DNA from: Amoebophrya sp. A120
Lineage: Eukaryota; Protista; Dinoflagellata
Length of the DNA stretch: 64,000 nt
Assembly: GCA_905178155.1 (NCBI GenBank)
Contig: CAJINV010000006.1
Span: 1,613,876 to 1,677,875 of the forward strand
Direction: 5' to 3'
Position 1 is the first letter of the stretch. Every line of letters begins with the position of its first letter. The notes beneath the pieces were generated by a model. The model saw nothing but the letters and a program-made list of their open reading frames with translations. It was not told the origin of the DNA and searched no databases. This document shows, piece by piece, positions 1 through 12,000 of this stretch. Position numbers and translations under genes: made by a program.

Positions 1-3000
1 GGTGGCCACCTGCTTTTCTATGGATTGCAAAAATGTCTGGGTCTGGAAGGGTGCCAGACTTGTCATGCAGATTTTCTATGGCCCATGAGGTCTGGTATGT
101 AGGACATAGCATGACAGATTCTGTGAGAGTTCTATCAGGCCTATCCTGCATGAGAAACTGCGTCTCGATTAGGTCAAAAGTGGACAGCTTTTGGTAATCA
201 TGCAACACAGATTTTTGCATGATTCAGCTTTAGCATGACATGTTGCTTTGTTCCAGACCCAGACATTTTTACATATTGAAACTTTCCGTCCCCTACCCGT
301 TGAGCATGGAAAAAGAAGCCACGAATCACGACTTCTGCCACAATATGCATTCGGAAATACGTCTGGGTCTGGAAGAGTCGGGGCTTGTCATGCACATTTT
401 GCATGGCTCGGGAAGTCTCTGATGCTGGTGCTAGCATCACAGATTTTTTGATGAGAGGTTCTTGATGCTAATTACGCATGACAAATGCCCTCTCCGCGTG
501 CCAAGAACTGGACTCCTTTTGCTGCAGCTCATGCAGCACAGATATTTTTAGGATCCGCAGACAGCATTACAAGTTCGACTCGTCCAGATCCAGACATATT
601 CGCAGTTGATACACAAATTTTTCAACAAACTTGTGGACGTGTGCGGCGGCCCGTGGACACTGAAAGACGGCTATGGAAGCGTCAGGATCGAAATCGACAA
701 AGTTGAAATAGTTTGTGATGCATAAAGTGCAACAAAGAAATTGCCTCTATTGCAGAGGACGCAAGGGATGCAGATTGTAAGCCTGTAAATGAGGGGTGCT
801 ACAGATTGAGCTGCCAAAGTAGCATGACAAAAGGCGTCCTCCTTACCCAAACAGCATTACAAACTGGATTTCAGTTCTACCCAAATTTGTCATTCGCCAC
901 TTGAAAACTAGGCGCCAACTGGTATCCGTTTCATGCATCACAAATTATTTCAACTTTCACGATTTCGGTCCTGACGCTTTCATAACGGCACGCACGAGTT
1001 CATGCGCGCTCGCCCGGGGTTTGCCGCGACGCCGGGAAAGAACATTTGTGCGGATCCTGACGCGCCGGTGCCGCCACCCACAACGAGCACGACAGCGGCG
1101 CCCCCGCCCCCTCTGTAGGGAATGCAAAAGCATCGTACAACTTCTAGTATAGATCGCATGACAAATTTTTTCCCCAGCTGCATGAGGGATCATGGAATTC
1201 GTCGTGCGCATTTGCAGCTTTGTGGAAGAGATTTGTATTGCATGACTGCAATTAGTACCAGTTGTGCGCTAGTGCTTTTGCATTGGATACCCTGCCTCCA
1301 CCGCCATCTTCGACGTCCTCAACCACCTGGCCGCCTGCACCGTACTATTCCACTATCAAATGTAAAAATGTCTGGGTCTGGAAGATTCTGAGACTTGTCA
1401 TGCATGTTTTGCATGACCCAGGATGTCTGTAATGCACGACCTAGCATCACAGATTTTTAGAGGGCTTCCTGATGGCTACTCCGCATGACAAACGCCCTTC
1501 CCGCGTAGCAAAAATTGCACTCCCTTTGCTGCTCATGCAATACAGATTTTTTTAGAGACCAAAGTTAGCATCACAAGTTCCAATCCTTCCAGACCCAGAC
1601 ATTTTTACATTTGATATCCACGATATCGCAACAAAAACGTGTTTTACTGTTATAGGATTTTGGAACTTCAAGTTTTGCATTTGCATCACAAAAGATAATT
1701 TGGTCTGCATAGACAACAAGGTGGAAAATTGAAATTTCCCATGCGAGTGTCGGTCTCTTACGGATGAAAAACTCGCCGAAGAAAAGTCCAATCTCTTGCT
1801 CTTGCATGTGTACTAGCAGCGCGACCGCTTGTTCTTTCCCTGTTGCGTCCTGCTCCTTTTTGGCATGATCACAAGTCATTTACAGTGAAGCAGTTCTTTC
1901 TTGTGATAAACGACCCGGCACATGCAGTATGCCGACCTATCAAATGTAAAAATGTCTGGGTCTGGAAGAATGCAACTTGTGACGCTGAATTTGGATTCCA
2001 AAAAAATCTGTATTGCATGAGCAGCAAAGGGAATGCAATTTTTGCTACGCGGAGAGGGAATTTGTCATGCGGAATAGGCATCGCGAAGCCCTGAAAAAAG
2101 CTGTGATGCTAGGGCATGCATCACAGACATCATGGCCAATGCAAAGCATGCATGACAAGTCTCAGAATCTTCCAGACCCAGACATTTTTACATTTGATAC
2201 GACCCTGATATCTACAACTTCATGACCCTGTCTATGGCGTTCTCAAACGTTCCATTTCGAACTGTTACATGGATGTGCAATGCAAGAACCACATACAAGA
2301 ATCAAAAGGTTGCTGCTTTCGCATCACAGATTTGCTGGTACAGATTTTCATGCTGTTTAGACCTTCGGAAATTTGTCATGCGCAGCCGCTTGGTCGTGTG
2401 GTTGCTTTTTATGGCGATTTTGCATGACAAATCATGTAACAGTTGAGAATGTAACATTTGAGAATGCCACACTGTCCCCAATCGGCCCGCCCCCGACCAC
2501 GACGCCGCCACCGGGTGAGCCGCCCGTCCCGCCGCCGCCGGCTTCCATATGAGAGTGCACAACCCCCGCTCCGTCTGCTCAGTTGAAAGGCGTGAGCAGC
2601 ATCACAGAGGACAGCAGAAATGTGGCACCTGCATGACAAATGCAAATCGAGGTCGGGGCTTTAGTACGGTTTGGAGTCGTCCTGGCGAAATTTGTGTTGC
2701 AAAGTAGTGCTCGAAGGCGGGATGTGGAGTTCTGTGGTTTTGCATGACAAATGAGGGAGGGGAGACGGATGATTGTGCACTTTCATATTCCACCTGCGAA
2801 TACTACATGTGGAACGACTGGTCTGACTGCACCCGGCACTGTCGGGATGCCTCTGGCGACACGGGCACGCGCACGCGGACGCTATCATATGTAAAAATGT
2901 CTGGGTCTGGAAACTTGTGATGCTGGGTGGCGTCTCATGATGAGGCCACAAATGCTGGCTCAGCATGACAAGTTTCTGAGCTTCTAGGTGTTGCCTATTC

Positions 3001-6000
3001 TGCATGTTGACAAACTGCGTTCCTGCATCACAGAAAAATGGAGCTCTTGGGTAACGCGCGTGACAGATTTAAGAGTCATGCCAGACAAGCATGACAAACA
3101 TGCATTCTTCCAGACCCAGAGGACATTTTTGCATTTGATAGACGCGAAGCATGGTCGAAAGCGCAGTATCAACCACCGCGTGCCACGGCAAGCCCAACCC
3201 CGACTCGCAACAAGCGGCCTGCTATCAAATGTAAAAATGTCTGGGTCTGGAAGATTCTGAGACTTGTCATGCATGTTTTGCCTGGGCCATGATGTCTGTG
3301 ATGCATGCCCTAGCATCACAGATGTTTTGAGGGCCTCGCGATGCCTATTCCGCATGACAAATGCCCTCTCCGCGTAGCAAAAATTGCACTCCCTTTGCTG
3401 CTCATGCAATACAGTTTTTTTTGGAATCCAAATCCAGCATCACAAGTTCCAACCCTTCCAGACCCAGACATTTTTACAATCCATACCTGCCCCCGCCGCG
3501 GCATGCCGAAGTGCTGCACGTGGGGGGATATCCTGTGCAAAAGTATCGTACTAACTCGTACTAATTGCGTTTATGCATTACAAACCTTTTTATCAAGGCA
3601 AGCCAAGTCTGCATGATATGCAAATTCAATTTGTAAAAATGCTTACGGAATTTGTAATGCAATTATTCATACTAGTTCTAGTACGATATTATAACTTTTG
3701 CAATGCATAGGGGAGTGGGAACCGTGGGGCGAGTGCAGCTGCGTGGGCACGACGGGACTGCACACAAGAGCCCGCCCGTTAACAAACGTCGCCCACCCCG
3801 TATCACAAGAAAAAAGTGTTACAGTTACACATTTGTTGGAGTTTCTGCATCACAAAGTTGCTCGACATGGCAAAGAAAACCTGTGATGCGCAGACTACAA
3901 GGGAAAACAGTAATGAAATGAGGCTGGTAAGCATTTCCTGCATGACATAGGTTGTCTGTCTTGCTTGTCGTCCATGAGAGTGTGTAACTGTAACACTTTT
4001 TTCTCAGGATGCCCCGCCGTTTGCGAGTTTTTCGTACAAGAGGAGGCATGTGAAGACGAGGATCAGGAGAGATTAAAATAGGAAATGCAAAAAATATTTA
4101 TCTGGGACACCTCCGTCGACTGGGACCAATATTAAACTGACATTTTGTTTCACGCACTGTGTGCATGTGCAAGATGAACAGAAAGTATGACAAAAAATTA
4201 TGCGGATGCCACTCCCGCTTCTCCACCATCGATTCTGTCTGCATGAGAACTACATCAAATGGCCTCGTCTTCTCGTGCTGGAGACGAGAATGATCGCGCG
4301 CCTACTTCTGCTGATTTTTATCCAGCACTGATTTTTTTTTTGTCATCCTACTTTCGAAAGATGACCCGAGGTGGACCCCGATAAATATCTTTCTATTTGC
4401 AATGCATAAGAAATGCGGAACGAGTACGACAACAAGCCCTCCCGCACCCCCGCCTCCCTCGCCAACAACGAGTCCGCCGGCAACCTCCTCAAGCTCAACA
4501 ACAAGTCCTTCCGCACCTCCCGCAAGCTCAACGGCAGCTCCGCCCGAACCCCCGCCACCCTCAACAGCAAGTACGCCGGCAACCTCCTCAAGCTCAACAA
4601 CAAGTCCTTCCGCACCTCCCGCAAGCTCAACGGCGCCTCCGCCCGAACCCCCGCCACCCTCAACAACAAGCCCCTCGTCCAGCAGTAGTACGACTACATC
4701 TTCAGCTTCACCCCCGACTATGCAAAGAGAATAAAAGTGTTACACTTACACATCGTGTTCGCAAAACATGCGAGACAGACGACCTCTGTCATGCTCAAAA
4801 TGCTTGCGAGTCTCGTTTTGTGTGTGTTTTGCCTTACGATCTCTGCATTACATACAAGTTTTTTCCGTCATGCGAGGCAAATTTGTGATGCTGAATTCAC
4901 TACAAATGTGTGACTGTATCAATCCACTTTTTTCCTTGGATACCGACGACCCCGCAGCCGCAACCTTCTACGCGGCCCCCACCACCGCCGCCAGAAGACT
5001 GCCAGCTTTCCGACTGGAGTGACTGGTATGAACTGCAAAAGTATCGTACTAGTATGAATCGCATGACAAATTAGCTTAGCACGACAAATGGAATTTGTCA
5101 TGCTGTTTTGCCTTGGGATGAAAATTTGTAATGCATGACTGCGATTACTACGAGTACGATACTTTTGCACAGGATAACTGGGGCTCGTGCTCCACGACGT
5201 GCAACCCGTATCAGATGCAAAAATGCGTGGGTCTGGAAGATTCTGAGACTTGTCATGCATGTTTTGCATGACCCAGGATGTCTGTAATGCGCGACCTAGC
5301 ATCACTGATTTTTACAGGGCTTCCTGATGCCTACTCTGCATGAGTAACGCCCTCCCCGCGTAGCACAAACTAGACTCCTCTTGCTGGTCATGCAATACAG
5401 ATTTTTTTGAAAACCAAAGTTAGCATCACAAGTTCCAACTCTTCCAGACCCAGACATTTTTGCATTTGATAACCCGAGAAGGGCATCAACATCTTCAAGC
5501 GAAGATAGCGGCAAGGGCGTGTGGTATCGGACCAGAACCATTTCAGAACCGGCCAAACACGGCGGGACGTGTATCCTGTGTAAAAACGTCCCCAGCACCT
5601 CAGAGTCAAGATGGGGAATCGGCTAGACAAATCCACAAGCTTTGGCTGTTTTGCATGACAAATTTGGACTCGTAGCGTAGTGCTGTTTGAGCTAGCTCAG
5701 CAGCATCACAGATCCAGTACATCATGCAGATTGGAGCATGACAAATGGCAAAACACGACTATAAAATGCTTCTCATGGGGCTCCGCATGAGAAACATTCT
5801 GAGCATGCAGCTTCGCATTACAACTCTGGGGTGGGGACGTTTTTAATTACGATAACGTGCAGAGAGCCGCTGCGGGAGAGCGAAGAGTGTACGGGTATTG
5901 CCCCATGCCGCCCAGGGAGTCCGCCCGGGGGGAAAAAAGACTGCATGTACGACTCGTGGAATGCGTGGTCGCCCTGTTCCCGCTCGTGCATGGACACAGA

Positions 6001-9000
6001 CGGCGACAAGGGCACGCAGACGCGGACACGGGTGGTGAAACAAGAAGCCGCGAACGGCGGGGAACTGTGCGCCGGCGAAGGGGAGAAGGAGACTCGGGAT
6101 TGTATCAGGTGTAAAAACGTCCCTGCCCCAGAGTTGTCACGCAAGTCTGCATGGTGAAAATAAATGTTTCATGTGGCGCTGGGTGCGGGTGTCCACTACA
6201 TGATGATGATGATGATGCGAAACCCCAACATGAGAAGCATTCTCTAGTAGTGTTTTGGGATTTGTGATGCTCGAAGCAGCATGATGCGCCAGATCTGTGC
6301 TGCTGCTGAAGATCTAGCTAAACAGGATCACACTGCGAGGCCAAACTTGTCTTGCGCAGCAACGAAAGCTGACTGATTTGTCTAGGAGCAGATTCCCCAT
6401 CTTGGCTTTGGGGTGGAGACGTTTATTTTGCACAGGATAAATTGTGCGGAAAACCTGCCGGACTGCGACGCGGACTGCGTGATGAGTCAGTGGCAGGCGT
6501 ACGTATCAAATGCAAAAATCCCTGGACGTCTGGGAGGATGGAACTTGTGATGCGTCCTGTGGGTCACACAAAAATCTGTGTTGCGTGATCACCCAAAGTT
6601 GTTCTTGCTTGTTTGACCAACCTGAGCGGGAGTTTCTCATGCAAAATAGGCATGATGGAGACTTCCACTTCGACTTCGCAGGATCTGTGATGCTAGGTCC
6701 TGCATTCCAGACCTCGCGAGGCATGGAAAATATGCATGACAAAAAATCTGCATTCTTCCAGACCCAAACATTTTTGCATTTGATAGTACGGCGACTGCAG
6801 CCAAACCTGCCGGCGAGTGGGGGCGCCGGCGGGAAGGCAGCAGTTTCGGCGGTCTGTGCTCACGCAGGCAAAGGGGCCAGGCGGGCAGTGTCCAGACGAA
6901 GACGACACGAGGAAAACCGAGGACTGCGCGAACGAACAAACCTGCCCGCCCATGCCGGATTGCGTCTGGACCGAGTGGCAAGCCGACTCGCGGGGGTGCA
7001 GTAAAAGCTGCGGCACCGGTATCGTGAGAAAAATGGTTACAGTGACAAACTCTCATGCAAGACAAGCAAGACAGGCAACCACTGTCATGCAGGAAGCGCG
7101 TCGTGCGAGCCTCATTCCATTCGTGTTTTATTCCCTTATAGTCTACTGCGCATTACAAGTTTTCTTCGCCATTACAAGAGCAGATTTGTGATGCTGAAAT
7201 TCCAACAAATGTGTAACTGTAACACTTTTTTCCACTTGGATAACCGGGGAACAGCGGTACAACCGGCGCATCATCATGGGGGATTGCGAGGGCGGATATC
7301 CTGAGTAAAAACGTCCCCACCTCCCCGGAGTTGTCATGCAAATGTGCAATGACAGGAACTTTTGTAATGCGCAGCTCCATGAATCCAATGGTGTTTTGGA
7401 AAAATTTGTGATGCTGTATTAACAAGATGTGAAAATGGCTTCGTCATGTAACCACTCCCTTGCCAACCAGCACTACACTGCAATGGGAAAGAACTTGTCA
7501 TGCACAGCTCCCAAAAGTTGGAGATTTGTGCTGCTAGATTCCCAAGAACTTGACTCTGGCGTCGTGGGGACGTTTTTGCTTGGGGTAGCGGACAAGAGCT
7601 TGCCAGCACCAAGGTGGAGAACTGCAAGGAGGATCCCTGCCCCTTGAGCTGCGAGGTGGAGCGGGATTGGCAGCCGATCGGAAATTGTTGGACTGGTAGC
7701 TCTTCCATTTGGGGCAACGAGGGCCCTTCGAATTACAATGCTGTTGACAAGTGTGAGGGCTGGGTTATGAACTATCGAAAGGTGATAGGAAGGTGCACAA
7801 CTCCCCCTCCACCACCTCATTTGTCACGCAAAATACCTAATGCTAATCCACCCTTATTTGCCTGTTGGCACTGTTTGATTGCATGACAAGTTCTGGTAGC
7901 CCAAATAGCACTACACTCCAGTGCAACTTTGTCACGCAAAGCCGGCACTCTTGCTGGTGCTTGTATTACCGTTCACGCTATACAACTGAGGGGGAGGGGG
8001 AGTTGTGCACTGTCATAGGTCACGCAAGCGGACCAGCACGCCAATTTGTACAGCGATGACGTGGTGCGGACCTGCGAAGAACTCGCGGAATCGGAACACG
8101 CCCGACTCTATGCAGTGCAAAAGTATCGTACTCGTCGTACTAATTGCGAACATGCATGACAAGTCTTCTCCTAAGGTAAAGCAGCATTATATATAAGGCC
8201 GAGGGAATTTGTATTTGTGATGCTATTTATACTAGGACGCTACTTTTGCAGGTCATAGACTCAAGCAGCCGCAGCAGCAGCGAGATGACCCGTGCCCCTA
8301 CGACGAGACAGAAAGGTGCATCCACTACATGCAGCTGCCCCTTCGGATTCAAAAAGTCGTAAAGTGCCGGGACCCGGCGTTGTGTCCGAAAAAAGACTGC
8401 GTGATGAACGCCTGGGGCCCCTGGGGCGATTGCTCCCACACTTGCGGGGAAGGGGAGAAGAAACGGACCAGGACGGTTAAATCGGAAGCAAAAAACGGAG
8501 GAACCCCCTGCGACGAAATGTCTTATCAAATGCAAAAATGTCTGGGTCTGGGAGAATGGATGTTTGGCATGCTTGTCTGGCATGACTCTTAAATCTGTCA
8601 TGCACGTTACCCAAGAGCCCCATTTTTCTGTGATGCAGAAACGCAGTTTGTCATGCAGAATAGGCAACACCTAGAAGCTGAGAAACTTGTCATGCTGAGC
8701 CAGCACTTGCGGCCTCATCATGAGACGCCACCCAGCATCACAAGTTTCCAGACCCAGACATTTTTACATTTGACAGGTCTAAAGAGCAAACCACGTCGTG
8801 CGAAAACGAACACCACTGTCCAGTTCACTGTGAATGTATGAACTGCAAAAGTATCGTACTCGTAGTATTGCATGCAATACAAATTAGCTCAGCATGACAA
8901 ATGGAATTTCTCATGCTGATTTAGCTTGACAAAGAAATTTGTTTTGCATGACTGCAATTACTACGAGTATGATGCTTTTGCACAGGATAGAATGGAACGA

Positions 9001-12000
9001 GTGGCAAAATTACGGTCAGTGCGACTGCCCACACGGAAAGCCGTACAAAAAAACCCGGACACGCACGAAAAAGATCACGGAGCAGTACGGTGGGCGTTGC
9101 CCTGGGAAGGAGTCTGAAGAAACAACATGTAGTGTCCGCGAGTGTCCCTCGAGAAACTGCGTCTGGCACGAGTGGGGCGAGTGGGGTGACTGCACGCAAG
9201 GCTCTAAGACCTGCCACGCGGACGACAGAAAAAAAACGCGGACACGGAGAAAGAAGCACGAGGCCCAGGGAAACGGGCGTTGCGAGACTGAAGACGGGAA
9301 GGAGACCGCTTCTTGCCCCACCACGGACCCCTGTCCGGTGGACTGCAGGTTTGAAGATGAAGAATGGCAGTGGACGGACTGCTCGGCCACCTGCGGGACC
9401 ACCGGGGTTCGAAAGAGGTACAAGCGGATTAGAACGCACGCGGCCCACGGCGGGACACCGTGTTCCGACTCCGGGAAAGTGGAGGGGAACAGAGTCTATG
9501 CTGCCGATCACAGTGTGGACATCCGGCACTACGAGTGCAACCGACACGAGTGTCCGCGCGACTGCCGGTTGTCGCAGTGGGTCGACGACGGCAGATGCAG
9601 CAAGACCTGTGGCGGGGGTGTGCAGAAGAAGACACGGGAAGTTGTGGAAACTTCGCAGGGGACAGGGGATACTTGCAGCGAGGTTGCGGAAAAGGAAAAC
9701 GAAGGGTCGTATCAAAGCGACAGAAATACACACTATGTGTCTGTGTACACGAAGCACGTTTCGTGCAACACGCAGGACTGTCCCACCGTCGACTGCGAGA
9801 TGGACGAGTGGCAGGGCGACAGAGACGACTGCTCCGGCTCCTGTGGCGGGGGGAACTACTTTACGCAAACGCGAGGCGTGAAATCCCACCCGAAAAACGG
9901 CGGGGCGTCGTGCTCCGCCCACCGGAGCCGGCAGGTGGAGTGCAACAAACAGCCATGTCCCGTGGACTGTGAGCTGAAGGTATCACAAGAAAAAAGTGTT
10001 TAGAGTTCTTACACGTTTGTTGTAGCTTCAACAAGACAAATTTTCTCTGCATGAGACGCGGGAAAACTTGCAGTGCGCAGACCATAAGCGAAATAAACAC
10101 GTATGAAATGAAGCTCGGAACAATCATTTCTGGCATGACCGAGATCGTCTGTCATGCTGGGCTTGCTACACAATGTGTAACTGTTGCAACTCTTTTTTCT
10201 CGTCATAGCGGGACTGGACGGACTGGGGCCAATGTTCAAAATATGAGAGTGCACAACTACTCCCTCTCCCCCTCATTTGCATAGCATGAGCAGCAATAGA
10301 AATACCAACACACTTGGAGCCTGTGCATGACAAGTTCTTCACGGGCCGAAAATTGTAGGGCAGCTGCGTCCAAAATTTGTCATGCAAGCAGTGCCACTAG
10401 GACCACAAGGCACCAAATCAATTGGGGACTTTGCATCATGATCACAAATGAGCGGGACGAGGGGGAGTACTAGTAGTTGTGCACTGTCATACAAAAACGT
10501 GCACGCCCCACGGGCACGCCCCGGGCACGCGGACGCGACACCGAGGGATTCGCACGGACCCCGCGCACGGCGGAAAGCTGTGTGATACACGGAAGGAGAC
10601 GGAAGAATGCAACACGCACGACTGCCCGGAATGCGGGTCCAGCTGCACGTATTACTCCTGGACCAGCTGGAGCCCGCCCTGCCCTTCGTGCAAGCAGTCC
10701 GCATCGGAGTCCCACCAACAGCACCGAACTCGGCAAGTGAGAACCAAACCGTGTAATAACAATGGAGATGATATGGAAGCGTCAGGTTTGAAATCGACAA
10801 AGTTGAAATAACTTGTAATGTATAAAATCGATACCAGTTGGAAGCCCAATTTCCAAGCGGTGCATGACAAATTTCGGCGCCGCCCAAATCCAGTTTGTCT
10901 TGCTGTTTAGGGACAGAAGGCGCGTTTTGTCATGCTACATTAGCAGCTCTACCGCAGACCCCAAACAGGCTGACAGTCGGCCTCACTTGCCGCCCCTGCA
11001 AGAGAGGCACTTCATGCCTTGCAATTTATGCATGAGAAATTATTTCAACTTTGACGATTTCAATCCTGACGCTTCCATAGATGAGTCCTGTATCAACAAG
11101 CACGAACATAGGGATTGTTCCATCAGCGTGTGTATCAACTGTAAAAATGTCTGGGTCTGGAAGAATGCAACTTGTGATGCTATTTTTGGAATCTAAAAAA
11201 ATCTGTATTGCATGAGCAACAAGAGGCGTCCAGTTTTTGCTCCGCGGAGAGGGGATTTCTCATGCGGGATAGGCATCAAGAAGCCCGCAAAAAATTTGTG
11301 ATGCTGGTGTATACATCACAGAGGACATCAGGAGTCATGCAAAATGTGCATGACAAACCTGGCAATCTTCCAGACCCAGCCACTTTTACATTTGATAGTG
11401 TGCCGTAGGGATTGCGAGCTCAAACCCTGGAGCGGTTGGGGCCCCTGCAGTGCGGACTGCAGAGCGGAAGGAAAATCGGCCCCTATGAAATGCAAATGTC
11501 CCTGGATCATGACGAACTTGTGATGCGCATTCCACAACACAGACAAATCTCTCATGCACAGGAAGCAAAAGATGTCCATTTTCTGTCACCAAAGTCGGGG
11601 ATTTGTCATGTGGAATAAGCAAGAATGCGGAAGCTACTTCTCGAAATCTGTGATGCTAGGGCTTCCATGACATACAGCATTCGGTGTCATGCAAGAACAG
11701 CATGGCAAAAATCTGCACGACTCTACTTCCAGACCCAGACATATTTGCATTCGATAGCCCCAGAACAGACCCGCACTAAAGGGATCAAGCACCATTCGTT
11801 GGGCAGCGGGAAACACTGCCCGAGCGAAAGCAGCGAGGAACGGAAGGAGACCCGGCCTTGCAACGACCACGCTTGTCCTGTCGACTGTGTGCTGTCTTCG
11901 TGGGTAAAGGACGACGTCTGCAGTAAGACGTGCGGCATGGGGTCCCAGAAATACAAACGAAGCGTGCAGACGCACACGCGCGGCGACGGATTGACTTGCG

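Noticed and set aside
1354-3485. CRISPR-like or integron-like array of repeats with unique spacers
   Set aside because: The repeats are inverted pairs bounding 140-340 bp elements, the spacers vary from 7 to about 990 bp and form one reading frame, and no cas or integrase gene is present.
6503-6786. General rule that introns run from the base before TAT to the base after ATA (GT..AG, +3 nt)
   Set aside because: It preserves frame but creates stops at 8837, 13547 and 37133 and disrupts WxxW motifs (e.g. at 5027). It could still apply to individual copies.
8921-9922. 333-aa minus-strand ORF and similar antisense ORFs (19972, 34363)
   Set aside because: They are antisense shadows of GC-rich + strand exons that carry clear TSP1 or Cys motifs.
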